The notes below the pieces were generated by a model. The model saw only the letters and a list, made by a program, of their open reading frames with translations. It had not been told where the DNA came from and made no database searches. Below are positions 1-13,110 of a stretch of DNA of 64,000 nt, one piece after another. Position 1 is the stretch's first letter. Every line of letters starts with the position of its first letter. Source of the DNA: Torpedo marmorata (taxonomy: Eukaryota); NCBI GenBank assembly GCA_977017645.1, contig OZ360225.1, positions 126,914,001-126,978,000 of the forward strand, in the 5' to 3' direction. The position numbers and the translations under genes were made by a program.

Positions 1-248
1 GCAGCACGGTTAGCGTAGCGGTTAGCGCAACGCTGTTACAGTGCCAGCGATCTTGACTGGGGTTCAAATCCCGCGCTGTCTGTAAGGTGTTTGTATGTTC
101 TCCCCGTGTCTGTGTGGGTTTTCCACGGGGGCTCCGGTTTACTCCCACCCTTCAAAATGTACCGGTGGTGTTGGTCAATTGGGTGTAAATGGGTGGCCCG
201 GACTCGTGGGCCAAAAGGGCCTATTACCGTGTTGTATGTCTAAAAAAA
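1..248 (+). mobile_element. tRNA-derived V-domain SINE (HE1-like)
   Basis: A/B-box-like head (GGTTCAAATCCC), central ATGTTCTCCCCGTGTCTG..GGGTTT..GCTCCGGTTT.CTCCCAC domain and A-rich tail. Closely similar copies at 41682 and 47237. Confidence 0.85.
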
Positions 249-249
249 C

Positions 250-470
250 ATCTGATGGCAGAGGGGAAGAAGCTGTTCTTGTGCCACTGGGTGCGCATCT
301 TCAGGCTCCTGTACCTCCTCCCTGATGGTATCAGTGTGAAGAGGGCATGGCCTCAGTGGTGGGGGTCCTTGAGGATAGAGGCTGCTTTCTTAAGATACTG
401 CATCTTTTACATGTCCTTGATGGAATGAAGACTGATGCCCATGATGTCGCTGGCTGAGTTAACAACTCTC
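250..470 (-). mobile_element. Rex1/Babar-type LINE 3' fragment
   Basis: Similar to 28015-28230 (ORF end KKAASILKDP.HPGHALF on the minus strand). Confidence 0.7.
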
Positions 471-1319
471 TGGAGCTCAAATGAATTTCAAACTGAAGTC
501 TGTTGAGCCAGATTCTAATTAAAAATTCTGACACTGGACACTTAGATTTAACAGTGGTTAAAAAAAGGCTTGAAAATAATTCTCCAATTGTAGCTTATGT
601 GATTCTGTATCCTTCTGAGACTATTTTTCATCAAAGCAACCAATCATTCCAGAGAAATTTGAGTTATTTAACAAAATCTTACATTATTTTATTTTTGAGA
701 ATAAACACAACAATTAATCTTAAAATGTTATTTTCTCTTTTGACCAAATGGTATATAACAGTAAGGAAAAATGGAACAGGCACATTGCTGTTTCATACAA
801 GAAATCTGATCCCTGCTCACTTTTTCTGTATCCTCTGTCTCATTGTCATTCCTTGCATAATTTCAAGAACTCTTAAATCACAGTAAAATTCATTGACAAC
901 ATAATTCATGACCAAATGCCAAACTGAACTGAAATTTTTTTTAAATCAAATTTATTTCCAAGTTCTGGGCACATCCAGTTCAATTGGATTTGCTGCTCAT
1001 TCTTGTTCTGAGATGGTGGTGAACCTTCTCTTTGCAAATACAGTTGTTGTAATGAAGGTACAGCATTGTTCTTGGGCAGCTAATCTCAAGATTGTAACAC
1101 AGAACAAATGAAAATGTACATGTATTCAGAACCACTGGGGTTCAGCCATTCCCACATGTTATAGCCAGATTTAAGCAGACCTGCTGATAGTATGCAATTG
1201 TGTTGATTGTTGAATACCTTTTATCTCTGCATATGGCTGCTGCAGTGAAGTGAAACTCCTTGAGAATATTGATAATGGGAAACTGAGCAACAGAAATAAG
1301 TTTTATTTTCATGTATTTA

Positions 1320-1630
1320 TTAATAGGACATGGAGGCTCTGGCATTGCCCATCCTTAGTTGCTCCAAAATTGAGTTAGGAGTCAACCTCATTGCTGGGGC
1401 TTATGCCACATATAAGCAATATTGCAAAAGGCTGGCTGATTTCCACCCTAAAGGACATGATTAAACCAAATTAGTTTTGATGGCAATCCAATAGGTTAAC
1501 ATTTATACTATATTTTTAGCCCAGATTTTATTATTTGAATTTAAATCACTTGAATAGAGATTTTACAGATGACTTGAACTCACGTCTCTGGATCAGTAAT
1601 TCAGCAACTTAACGATGAAGCTACCATATC
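1320..1630 (-). mobile_element. Old degenerate tRNA-derived SINE
   Basis: Degenerate tRNA-like head at the right end and a CR1-tail-like end (GGATGGGCAATGCCAG on minus). Resembles a common elasmobranch SINE (recalled). Confidence 0.4.
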
Positions 1631-1889
1631 CTTTTTCGGGCTGTGGTGTTAGTTGGATTTTTCTTGCTGGGGATAGTCAATTCCTGATGTGGCATGAATA
1701 TTCTCCACCACTCGTCAGCCTTCAATTGGACCTTGTCTAGTTCTTTCTGTGGGCCAGCATGATCTTTGAACAGAACTGAACAAGTGGCCAAGACAGTAGG
1801 TTATTTAAACTTTTGTATAAAAAGGAGAAAAAGGTGACTTGCATTTATTTGGTAACATATTTAACCTCAATAGCACTGATTAAATACTT

Positions 1890-3008
1890 ATTTGTCACTG
1901 CCACAATGAAGGAAATATGCCAGCCAATTTGTGCACAGTAATCTCCCACAGGCCAGACTGCAATAGTGACGAGGTAATCTGTTTTAGTGATGTTAGTCGA
2001 GGGATCAACATATAACCATATAACAACCATATAAACATTTACAGCACAGAAACAGGCCAGTTCGGCCCTTCTTGTCCATGCCGAACACATTCTCCCACCT
2101 AGTCCCACTGACCCGCACCCGGCCCATAACCCTCCACACCTCTCTCATCCATATACCTATCCAACTTTTCCTTAAACATTAAAATTGAACCTGCATCTAC
2201 CACTTCGGCCGGAAGCTTGTTCCACCCTCCTACCACCCTCTGAGTGAAGAAATTCCCCTTCATGTTTCCTCTAAACTTTTCCCCCTTCAATCTCAATCCA
2301 TGCCCTCTTGTTTGAATCTTCCCCACTCTCAATGGAAAAAGCCTGTCCACATTGACTCTATCTGTCCCCTTCATAATTTTAAATACCTCTATCAAATCAC
2401 TCCTCAACCTTCTACGCTCCAGCGAATAAAGTCCCAGCCTATTCAACCTTTCCCTATAACTCAAACCCAGAAACCCAGGCAACATTCTTGTAAATCTCCT
2501 CTGCACTCTCTCTATTCTGTTTATATCCTTACTGTAATTCGGCGACCAAAACTGCGCACAATATTCCAAATTTGGCCTCACCAATGCCTTACACAACTAC
2601 AACATGACATCCCAACTCCTATATTGAATACTCTGATTTATGAAGGCCAACATACCAAATGCTTTCTTCATCACCCTAACTACGTGTGACTCAACTTTCA
2701 GGGAATTATGTACCAGAATTCCTAAATCCCTCTGTTCTACTGCACTTCTCAATTGTCTACCATTTAACATGTATGACCATTAGCCAAGACACTAAGGATA
2801 ACTCCCCCTCTCTAGAATAACACCATGGGATCTTTCATTTACACAAGAGAAGACAGACAGGGCTTCAGTTTAAAGCTTTATCTGAAAGATAACACAATAG
2901 TGTTTCACTGCAGAGGCAAGCAAGGCTTGTAGGCTCAAATCTATGGAAAGGGACACCCACAACCTCTTGATTCTGAGGCAAAAGCACTACCAACTGAGCT
3001 ACTGCTGA
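1890..3008 (-). mobile_element. Deu-domain-type (SacSINE1-like) SINE split by a CR1 insertion
   Basis: tRNA-like head GTAGCTCAGTTGGTAG near 3000 (minus). The body (2779-3008) and tail (1890-2008) become contiguous once the CR1 copy is removed. Confidence 0.6.
2009..2778 (-). mobile_element. CR1-clade LINE, 5'-truncated 3' end
   Basis: ORF2 C-terminus LVRPNLEYCAQFWSP..RVQRRFTRM..RLRSDLIEVFK and short tandem-repeat tail (ATATGGTT). Nearly identical to 32633-33390. Confidence 0.92.
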
Positions 3009-3139
3009 GGCTCGCCTTAATAAATAGAAGACCTTTGACGAACTGGCTGAAAAAAGGTTGGAATGAAAGAGACCACACTGTAAAACTCCTGTAGTGATGC
3101 TGTGTGGCAGCAATGAGTGGTCTCTGTCAATACATTCAT

Positions 3140-3274
3140 CAGATTTCAGATTTATTGTCAGAGTACATACATGACATCACATACAACACTGAGATTCTTT
3201 TTCCTGCGGGCGAGGCAGAATTACCAAAAAAAAAATACTGTACACAACGTTCACATGTAAACAAATAAAGAACT
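3140..3274 (-). mobile_element. Rex1/Babar family B 3' UTR fragment
   Basis: Matches the ends of the copies at 15713 and 44705 (TTTCAGATTTATTGTCAGAGTACATAC). Confidence 0.75.
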
Positions 3275-5529
3275 GACCATAGACATCAGGTCTGACCATA
3301 GACATTGGACAGTTTCCTATTCATCCCAATTGACTCCACGTTATTTGAGACCCTTGGGGCATGTCGAAATATCGTGTTGAAGTAAAGGAAACCTCCTCCA
3401 TAATGAGCACTTGTCTGTTATTACAAATAGAGCTGAATGTGTTTTGTCAGACTCTGCTGTAAATGTATCCATTTTCAATTTTTGGTATTTATTTGGACTA
3501 CCTTGAATTGAAGTGTTGGATCTTTAAAATGGACAATTGGAAGGAGATGCTTCCTCATTTGTACAAAATGATCTCAAACCTCATATGGCAATACAAACTT
3601 TGGTTTGCATGTGCATAGAATGTTAAAATCTAGAAAGCCAGTAGACAAGTTCCAACAATATTCAAAACATTTTCTTATGAACCTGGGTAGTTCAAAAGAA
3701 TTACCTTCCTTTCTATTTTAATTGCAATTAAAATCATGTATCTAATTTGTGGTATCCTTGTTTCTTTGTTCTCTTTCTATTTTTTTCTTGTTTAATTACT
3801 GTTCAGGTCTTGCCAAATAAAAATAATAGCTACATCTGTAGGGTACACATTGCATGACTTTACAGAATATGCTGTTCTTGCTATTAAACTGCACTTGATC
3901 TGAATGCTTTTGTAACTTGAGTGCAACATGAAGTGTTTTACAAAGTGCTGTGAAATTGGCTGGCTAAAGGGCATGTTTCTTATTCAGTTCCTTTAAATTA
4001 ACCACACAGCTCTGTTCAGCAGTATGTCTTAATTAGACATTGGCATAAGTTCTAATTGTTTGCAAATTAATAAGGTTGTATATAAATAGTGATAATGACT
4101 TTAATTGCACTTTAGCTGTATCGTAGTGAATAATGTCGAAGCAACATTTCTTATGTTGAGAAATTGAATTTCATGTTAAGATGCAACTCCAACTATGTAT
4201 CAACAGCATCGACGGTAATATTAAATGATACACCCATAGACATCTTATGGAGGCACCTCAAAGACAAAAGATGTGGTTGAACTCCAGAGGAATCAATATG
4301 CGTGATAAAAGGTTTCATCCTTTGGTTGTACAGAAACAAAAAGGTTTCAGTAGTCTCATTAGTCAAAATGAAGGATCACTTTTGTGCAGTGCAAGCTAGC
4401 ACCATTGAAGGATTCATTATTGTAGCAGAACCATTCAAAGATACATTTTAAAATCCCTGCAGCTACAATAGTCCTACCTGTTATTTTCCAAGCTTCTTGC
4501 ACTTAAGTGGGAACCATGTTAGTGTGCTGATTTAACAAACTCCTCCCTGGGTCCACTTCTACAAGGCGTTGTAAGGCTGTGCTACATATTTTCAAGGCTG
4601 GTGACGCTAACGAATCACAGCACAAATGACCAAATCGATGCGAAAGCAGCCAATGCTGTTTCAGAGTATCAATAAATGTACTTTTTTGTTGGAATGGATA
4701 AGTGTTGCATTAAAAGTCATATAGATCTCTTAATTGAAAGCTAATTTTAAATCAATGAGAAGAGTCATTTAAATATTGATCACCCCTTTCAATGTGAATT
4801 TTTACTGGTTGAGATTTTGTAACAACTTTGTTTAAGATGCAATCAATAGCGCACGATCAGTACATTCCATAAAAGAAAATTGACAGATGTTCTTAAAATG
4901 CCTTCTGGGTATAATAATCTTATCTGCTTTCGTGTATGGTCTGGAATGTCCATCATTATCCTTTAGCCTTCCCAATGAAATCTTCACATTTTAAAGATTT
5001 AAATCAGCCTTGACTTCACTTGTGCAAAGTAAAAGCCATTGTGTAGATGAAAATCATATTAAGTCAATATTAAGAATTTTATGCATGTTTCTGGGAGTGT
5101 TGATACCAGTCATTAATATCATATGGTCTTTTAAATGTTGTATTTTCTTGTACCTAGCACTGTTTTCTTAGCATCCAACAATGTTTTTTAAAAGGCCAGA
5201 CATATTTCTCCTCATTCTGCTCAACCATCTGCAAGACATACCTAAAGTAAACTGACTTAAACCAGCATCTCAGTCATTAGAATCCCAGCTGGTTACAGCA
5301 GTATCTCCCTCAACTGTTGGTGCCAAAATTTTAAGGAGAAATCATACAAACAATAAAAATGGTCAACGTTTTTAGGATGTTGAAACCAGTGAATCACATC
5401 TGATGAAAAAGATGGTGCAAGATTTCACATTGAGGCACAATACTGACACTTTCCAGGAGACTAACCTTTCACAAGGCAATTCTCACTCACGCCTATAAAC
5501 TCACAAAATCTTGTATACACTTATTGTGT

Positions 5530-5680
5530 GATACCCAAACGTGCTGAAAAAACTCAGCCGATCACACCCAGGCCCAAAACATTGGTTATCCTTTTACTTC
5601 CTATGGATGTTGCGTGACCTCCAGTATGTTTGTGTATTGCGCTCGACCCCAGCATCTTCAAACTTTCTTGTTTAACTCCC
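5530..5680. mobile_element. Penelope-like terminal-repeat remnant with partial inversion
   Basis: GTGCTGAAAAAACTCAG followed by GGCCCAAAACATTGGTTA..TATGGATGTTGCGTGACC, the same motifs as the ends of the Penelope-like element (PLE) copies at 9400-9520 and 42119-42230. Confidence 0.55.
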
Positions 5681-6559
5681 CACTTATTGTGGTGCCTGCA
5701 CTGCTCTCATTAATCATCTGATCTCTCAAAAGTCTAGCTTCAGAAATCTCCCAGACTGTCACTGCTGTCATGAGTCAAACGTGACACTTTGCTGCTTAGC
5801 ACTGTATGATAGAACAAGGTCAACCATCACAGCTGGATTTTGGTTAGTGCAGCTTTAGCATTTGGCTTCATTGCAACGATTGTCAAACTACAAGTATTTA
5901 GAGAGGGTACTCATGTACTTACAAACACTTTCCTAGAAACTTCCAGCCAGAAGTACCTTTACTGTAGAAAGTTGCCTCATGCATGCTCTATTCATCAGCA
6001 GCCTACACAGGCTCTTTTACCACTCAGTTCCCCTTCTGGAGGACTCTATCACCCTTTCCAATTCTTGGAGCAGGCATTAATTCCTTGTCAACACTCCCAG
6101 TGACTGGAAGAGTATTGTCATTTCACCCTTTAAGGGCTGCTTCATGCTTTTAAGATTCACATAAGTAACATAAGAATTTTGACCAGTAATGTCTGCCATT
6201 CTTAAAACAAATGAGCTTCACAGGATGTAGCTCAATAATGTTTTTTAACTGGGCATTAGCGAATTTCATCATTTTTTAAGAGATATTTGGAACTGCGTGG
6301 GGAGGTTGCTTTGCTATTTTAATGCCCCAAAAATAGTGCAGATGAAATTTTGGCAAATGAATTGAATTTCAAGGAAAATATGGAAACAATCTTGGAGCCG
6401 TACAATGTCTGTATTTATTATTGGATGAATCATGAAATAGAAGCTGAAATATTGGATAGGTATACATACAGTTCAATCTATTGTGCATGTTCATATGTAT
6501 GATTATCATTTGAAAGACTGCAATTGTTTTCAATATCATCTGGCGATTTGCAGTCGAAG

Positions 6560-6952
6560 GACCCACACAGGCTGCGGGCTGCTGAAGGCTGGCTCAAGGG
6601 AACCAGGTATTGAAACCGGGATTTGAGAGGGCGCTGAGGGCAAGAAGGGCTCCCGAAGGTCCTTGGGCTCTGAAGCCTTCCTGATTGTATTGGAGTTTGG
6701 ATCTGGAGCTCGAGTTGCTAATGTTTGAACAGGAGTCTGTGTGGCTGCAGAGGCTGCGGGAGCGCTGGAGGCGAATCAACGGACACTCAGTGTCTCTGAA
6801 AGCACTCTTTTTTGCTTCTCTTTCTCTTATTATTAGGAGTGCCAGGCAATGCTCATGGTTACTCTTTGCCTTATGGCAGTCAAAAGTTTAACTATATATT
6901 TTCTTACATTTTTTTGTATTATTACGTGACAAAAAAGGAACCTTGACCTTGA
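6560..6952 (+). mobile_element. Probable non-LTR element 3' fragment
   Basis: GC-richer block ending in a short tandem tail (GAACCTTGACCTTGA). Family not assigned. Confidence 0.4.
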
Positions 6953-7791
6953 TAATGAGAGTTTAATAGATGTACTTTATTCATTGAACTAATAACATAA
7001 ATACATGTTGTCATTCAGACACTCGCCTTAACTGTGAAAAAGATCAAGGTTATTGTATAAAGCATCCGACAAAAAAATATGCAATTTACCTAAGCTGCAT
7101 ACTGGACTTTAGTGACATTTCATGTTCCTTTCTATGTGTGCTTTTCTTCAGTATTTAACGAAATAGGCAATTTCTATAAAGTAAAAACACAATGCTGGAG
7201 AAACCAGCTTATGGAGTTGAATTTGAACAATTGCTTTTATTAGTTTGTATTCTGTGCTATTTTCCTTTCCAGAAGCAAATCTTATGGTTTCCATTAATTT
7301 GGATTTGAGGAACCATCTAATATAGCTAAAAGAGTACAAATTTTATTGTGGGATGTTTTGTCTTGTGTAACAAAACAATTTATAGTGCAACAAATAATAC
7401 ATGGTTGGATATGGCCCTGCTGTACTGAGGCCATCCGCAAATTGGAGGAACAACACCTCGACTTCTGACTGGGAACCCTCCTACTGGATGGCATTAACAT
7501 CAACTTCTCCAGTTTCCGTTAAACACCCCCCCCCCCATTCTTCCCCCTGTCACCTTTCCCCCAGTGCACGCGCTCTCTCTCTCATGTTTTTACACAGCAT
7601 TCGCGTGATTTTTCCGTTATGAAGAGCCTCCGACATTCTGGCATTGGTCGTTCGCACTGGAATGACCAAAACCTGCAATTTTCTGTATGAGTCCGCCTTT
7701 TTATACAGCATACCGGCATTCCGCAAACAGAAGGGGCGGGACGTGTAACTCAACATCGTCGGCGTCTGCATCTAATGTCACGTATAACATA

Positions 7792-9059
7792 CCATATTTG
7801 ACGACATGTTAGACCCACTTGTTTTTCCAAAAAAATGGCTCAAAAATATTTCCCCGGTTTTATATGCCAGGTTGAAATTAGGGTGATAATGGTGAGTAAC
7901 GCCAACAGTAATGCTGTCGGTCCCCGCACTGGTCATTGTTGTGTTGAGAAAGTGTCAGGCCCGTGAGAGACGAGTCTGGACACATGGGTTTGCTATCAAA
8001 CGTTACTTTTATTAATGCACAACAATTAATAGAAGAGTGTGGGAAAATTGTAGCGAGAGCTAAAGCACACACACGCAAAAAATTAATAGAAGAGCATGGG
8101 AAAATCGTAGCAGGAATAAAGCACACATGCGCACAATTTATGAAAGAGCGTGGGAAAAACGCGCACAATTTAATAAGACATACGCGCACAATGTATAAAG
8201 GAGCGTGGGAAAATACATGCACAATTTAATAAAACACGTGCACAATGTATAAAAGTGCGTGGGAAGATACATGGCCAATTTAATTAAACACACGCACACA
8301 ATTGAAAAAGAGAGTGGGAAAATCGACAGCAAGTATTGATCGAAAGAAGTGGATTTCAAACTTTTTCTTTCCACTCACATTCCACCTTAAGTAATCCCTT
8401 ACTAATCACCGCTACCTATCGTTGGGGGCTGGTGGCAGGATGTCGGTGGGGGAGCGGGACGGTGGGCTTCATACTGTTCAAACTGAGGACAAACCCACAG
8501 ACCAGCTTGCTCACAATCTGGCAGACCTAGTGTCAAATCTTTGTGCTTTGTGATTGCCCTCACAATCTGGCAGACCTAATGTCAAATCTAGGGTTAGGGT
8601 TCAGGTTAGTTTGTCAATGTGAGGGCAGCAGGATAATCATCCCTCTTGTGTTCATTGGTCTCCTCAGAGGTTCTGCATCACTATAAACTGCCACTTTTGG
8701 TTGGCCCATGCTTTCATTACCCTGTGCCTGTTTCTAGCTCTTAGTGGGATCAGTGCCTTCTTTCCTTTCTGGTACTTGTTGTGCATTTTGATATGTCCTG
8801 GGGTAAGTTTATTGTCTGCATAGTGGGTGACCTTATATTCACACCTTAGGGTTAGGGTTAGGTGTGGGATTCGGGATAGGGTTAGGGGTGGAGGTCTGGT
8901 TAGAGTTAGGCGTGGGGTTAGTGTTAGGGGTAGGCTCAGCGGCCCACAGCAACAGAGAGCAGGCAGCGGACTGCCGGGACAGAGTGGGACAGCGGGCCGC
9001 GGGAGAGAGCAGGCAGCACTAAAAAAATTACGGTACGTGTTATACTAAGAATATTACGG
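7792..9059. mobile_element. TA-flanked Tc1/pogo-type non-autonomous element with telomere-like (TTAGGG) internal repeats
   Basis: TA|CCATATTTG...ATATTACGG|TA. Degenerate TIRs resemble those of the element at 46244. TTAGGG-like runs at about 8588-8610 and 8846-8935. Confidence 0.5.
7884..8421 (-). mobile_element. Candidate solo LTR containing an internal tandem repeat (about 8010-8330)
   Basis: Ends TGATA...TATCG (one change from TG..CA), flanked by TAGGG/TTGGG. AATAAA on the minus strand near 8010. Repeated GCACAATTTAAT../GAGCGTGGGAAAA units. Confidence 0.4.
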
Positions 9060-12000
9060 TACACAATACACATCATGACCCGAATTGGTCCCGGAATGCC
9101 TGCAGTGCAGTTTACACTGCAGGCGGTTCGTGAAAATTACTAGGGGCCTCGGCGAAAATAAGACGGTACTGGAATGGCACCCCCATTCCGGTTCCGTGCT
9201 TTTTACACAGCACGCGTTGCGGAAAAAAGGGAATAATAACGAAGTGGCTGTGTAAAAAGCATATCTCTCTCTCTTCCCTTTTCCCTGTCTCCTTTCTCTG
9301 ACTCACTTCTCACCTCTCCTCTTATCATGTCCAATTAACACGTTTTGTTGGTCTGGACTCTTCCCCCTGCCAGACTTCAATCTTTATTCTGATGCCTTCC
9401 TGTTCTTTGCTTATTCCTTGAAGAAGGGCAGAGGCCCAAAACGTCGTTAATATATCTTTACCTCCTATGGATGCTGCGAGACTTGCTGAGTTTCCTCCAG
9501 CATTTCTCTGTGTTTGTACTTCATTACCTGCACAAGAAGCAGAAGAAAAGCACAAAAGGGAATCAGAGAATAACAAAACTAAGTCAACTTCCACTGAAAT
9601 AACTCATCTATTGTTTAGCATTTCATTTGGTGGTTCCGCTCAACAGGATACCAACAAAACTTAAAAATGTGGCTTATGTAAGAGAATTCATTTTGGAAAC
9701 TGGCTTCTTCTACAAATTGCACCCCTCATGGGGAAAAAGTGAATCATAGCTTTGTGAAGAAGTCATATATTCAAAATTGAAACACTCTCTTATTTAAATC
9801 TCCTTCCAAAAATATAATTGTCTGCAAAGTTTGTAATTAGATTGATTTAGCAATCTACAAGGATGATATATAAGCACTTTTGAAGCATAGAATAACAACC
9901 TCGATTTTCTAAAATATGAAACAAGGCTTATAGTTTCAAGAAAATGATTACAATGGATAATAATATTTAAATTCACAGCAAACTCAACAGTGAACCTGTT
10001 GATCATTTGTATAAAGTATATATGTATAGTGCAAATCACCAGCCCTGCCCCTTATATTATTGTCACTTTTGATGCTTCATTGCCAAGTTCACTTGGTTCA
10101 GTATCTGCTTTATTGAAAGCAAAACAATTTAAAAAGACTAAAAACAAAACTGTAATGTGAGTTTTTTTAATGTACATCAGTTTTGCACATGAAGATGATT
10201 TTACTGAGAAAGAGCTTGAGGTTTGGCTGATAGATTTTATTTGTCTGATAGAGTTGACCAGGGAAATAGAGCTACAGCTGGTTACTTCATTAGGTTCTCT
10301 CATTGATTGAACCGTGCTGAAGTGATGCAGCAGGCTCCACGATAACTGCTGGTAATAGAACAAAATGAATTCTTATCACAGAGATTGGAAAGGCCATTAA
10401 CCTCGGCCTCCAGTGCTTTCAGAAGTTATAGACAGGAAACTGCGTGATGACTGGCAAAACTGTTTTCTGTCTAACCACAGGTCACGTTGGAGGGCACACG
10501 TGAATTTTTACCCTTCGGCTTCTACGTAGATGAAATAATTAAGAGACAGATGTTTAAAATCATATTTTAATAAAGAAAAAATGAAGAAAATATCAAAATG
10601 AAAGGATTTTATCTTCATTATTTTTAATGCAAAAATAATTGTTTCCATCAGGATAGTTGCTCTGTTGCAAGGACAATGATATCAGCTTTATTCACAGAGA
10701 GAATATAAAGATGTCTGTACTGTGTTCAGTTTTGGATCAGCTTTTCTTTCTATGATGCTTGAGTGGCAAGAATAATTTCATCCATTCAAAAATACATATC
10801 CTGTTTCCGTGTCATAAACTGTTGGGCACCTTGTAATACTTCAAATGATTGGGCCATAAATAGATGTTTGCCATTCTTACCACAAATAGTGAATTGACCA
10901 GTTAATTAATCATATTTTTTTTATTTTTGAATGAAGGCATAACTGAGTGAAACATTGGTAATTCAAATTAAACACCTGTGTTTAAAATGCAAGGAGATAA
11001 TTCAACAGGAACAGGACATTCTCTTAGTTTCTCTGAGCGACACATGAGAAAATGGCTGATTAGTGATTGCTGCCTTAATATTGTGACCTTGAATGAAATT
11101 GAGACACTTGATGATGAATGTGGTCACTTGTCTTGGCTGGGATAAACAGCTACTGTATTGTGCTGTGAAGAAAGCATAAAATACCAATGGGTACGTGGAC
11201 TATAAACTCGTTATATGAAATTCAGTTCGTCCCACTGACAGATCACAGATCAGATCAGTTGTGTACTGTTATAAGTCTGTCATTATTGTGGCTCCTCCCG
11301 ATAGATCTGGTTGCTCTATCTTGAAAGATACTTGGACCAATAACTGTAAGGGTGCAGGAGGTGGCCCATATCCTGTAGTTACTTGCTGCATTATTTATAT
11401 ATGCTTTCATTTCATCTCTTTGTGGCCTTCATCTAAAAAAGAGAAAAACTCTCATAACACCATCTTCCAAATTAGCATAAAAATAATTATTGTTTAACGT
11501 TTTGAAGAATGTATGAATTAAGATGCAATATAACTTAAAAATAGCAATACTTTTGTATGAAAAATGAAGACTAAAATCTGTACATCAACTGCCTAATGTC
11601 ACATGATACATGCATTATGCATTTATTAAAGGACAGAATATGATCCCAGACCAATCTAGTTGATGAACATAAGTGCAGTATATAAAAATAAATGCTCTTC
11701 TTGGTTGATATCAAGTTACAAACTGAATAATTAGTTCAATTGCTTAATACTTTTTAAGTATAATGAATGCATTCACTCTGGCTCCAGCGTCAACATTTTG
11801 TTTGCTTAAGCTCGTGTGAAGTGCATTGGGGTCTCTTAATTTGTTAGCAGAGCTGTATCAATACAAATTGTTGTCATTCTTAACAACAATGAATTTACAT
11901 CAGTGGTATAATGAATGATGTTATGGATCAGAGCAGAATCACAGTGACTCATGGCATTAAGTTGGAAAGCAAATACCGCTAGAAAAAGCAATAATCAAAA

Positions 12001-12659
12001 CCATAATACAACCCCCACAATATTGAAATGATATACTTATAAATAATGGAAAATACAGGGGAGGGATTTCAAAGTTGTAATCTAATTGAATAGTTTAAAT
12101 GATTGTTATAAACTGTTTAAGTTCATTCTCATGGTTGATGGCATTGAGTGAACCAAAAATTAAATTATGGCCTTGTAATCACTCCCAGCTATCCTTTATT
12201 TCCTGTTAGAAAGAGCTGAAGTGAATACATTTGTTTCAGGGAGGGGTTTCAGTCTCTCAGTCTGATGTACAACATGCATTATTAGTATACGAGCTGTAGA
12301 AATACTCAGCAAAATCAATATCAGTAAAGGAATCAACATCGAGGAATGTCTAGGTTGCTTGAAGCATTAGATTTCTGAAGCAAGGTGAGATCCTTAAATA
12401 TATTAATTAAAGAAATCAATTCATGCTTTCAGCCAACATTCCACTGCTCACTTTTGCTGGGAAGAATACACAAAAACAAAAACCAATTTCTTAAAACAGT
12501 GCGCTTTAAAATTCATGTTCACCTCAAATTTTCTAAGCATGAATTAACAAAGTCAAACTTGTAATGGGAGGAAGGAAATATTCCTGTTTTATTCAAAAAC
12601 CTCATTTATGAATACATCAAAACAGGATAAAAATGCCATAACTCCCCTAACACCCACTA

Positions 12660-13110
12660 CAATCTACATTGGGCTTTAGTGAGACCACATCTAGAGTATT
12701 ATGTCGTATTCTGGTCTCCTTACAAAAAAAAAGGATATACTTGTTATAGAGGGAGTACAAAGAAGATTTACCAGACTGTTTTTGTGATTATGTGTCTGTA
12801 TTATGAGGAGATATTGAGTAGGCTTGCCTTTATGTCCAGAGTCAGGAGAACAAGAGGTGACCTTTTTGACATATACAGTACAAGCTATTTAGAGGACTCT
12901 ACATCTTGGTGCAAGAGGTATATTTCCTCTGTCTAAGGAATCTGGATATAGAATCTCAAAATAAAAGGTGATTAATTTAGGACTGAGATGAAGAGAAATT
13001 GCTTCATTCAGAGGATTTTACATCTTTAGAAATCTCTGCTATGGGAGGCTATGGAAACTCAATTGTTAATTGCATTCATATCAGAGATCAATACATTTTT
13101 GGACATGGGA
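12660..13110 (+). mobile_element. Old degenerate CR1 LINE 3' fragment
   Basis: VRPHLEYYVVFWSPY and RRTRGDL motifs with frameshifts. Confidence 0.7.

Larger units (their letters stand above)
7584..9262. mobile_element. Non-autonomous TIR DNA transposon, possibly PIF/Harbinger-like, nested in the Penelope copy
   Basis: Terminal inverted repeats ATG(C)TTTTTACACAGC / GCTGTGTAAAAAGCAT, with internal copies of the same motif. The superfamily call is inference. Confidence 0.6.
7415..9520 (+). mobile_element. Penelope-like element 3' portion (7415-7583 plus 9263-9520), interrupted by nested insertions
   Basis: Encodes RKLEEQHLDF*LGTLLLDGININFS (end of a GIY-YIG ORF), then a pyrimidine tract and a degenerate hammerhead-like motif (TTGAAGAAGGGCAGAGGCCCAAAACGTC). 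Confidence 0.75.

Noticed and set aside
1-75. tRNA gene
   Set aside because: The tRNA-like head continues into a SINE body that recurs several times in the window, and no proper cloverleaf is evident.
8846-8935. True telomere or chromosome fusion site
   Set aside because: Short, degenerate, single orientation and inside a transposon.
10181-10220. Possible small ZFHX4 exon (AHEDDFTEKELE)
   Set aside because: Only superficial peptide similarity. Its phases (2 and 0) do not fit the phase-1 start of the 23247 exon, and the donor is weak.
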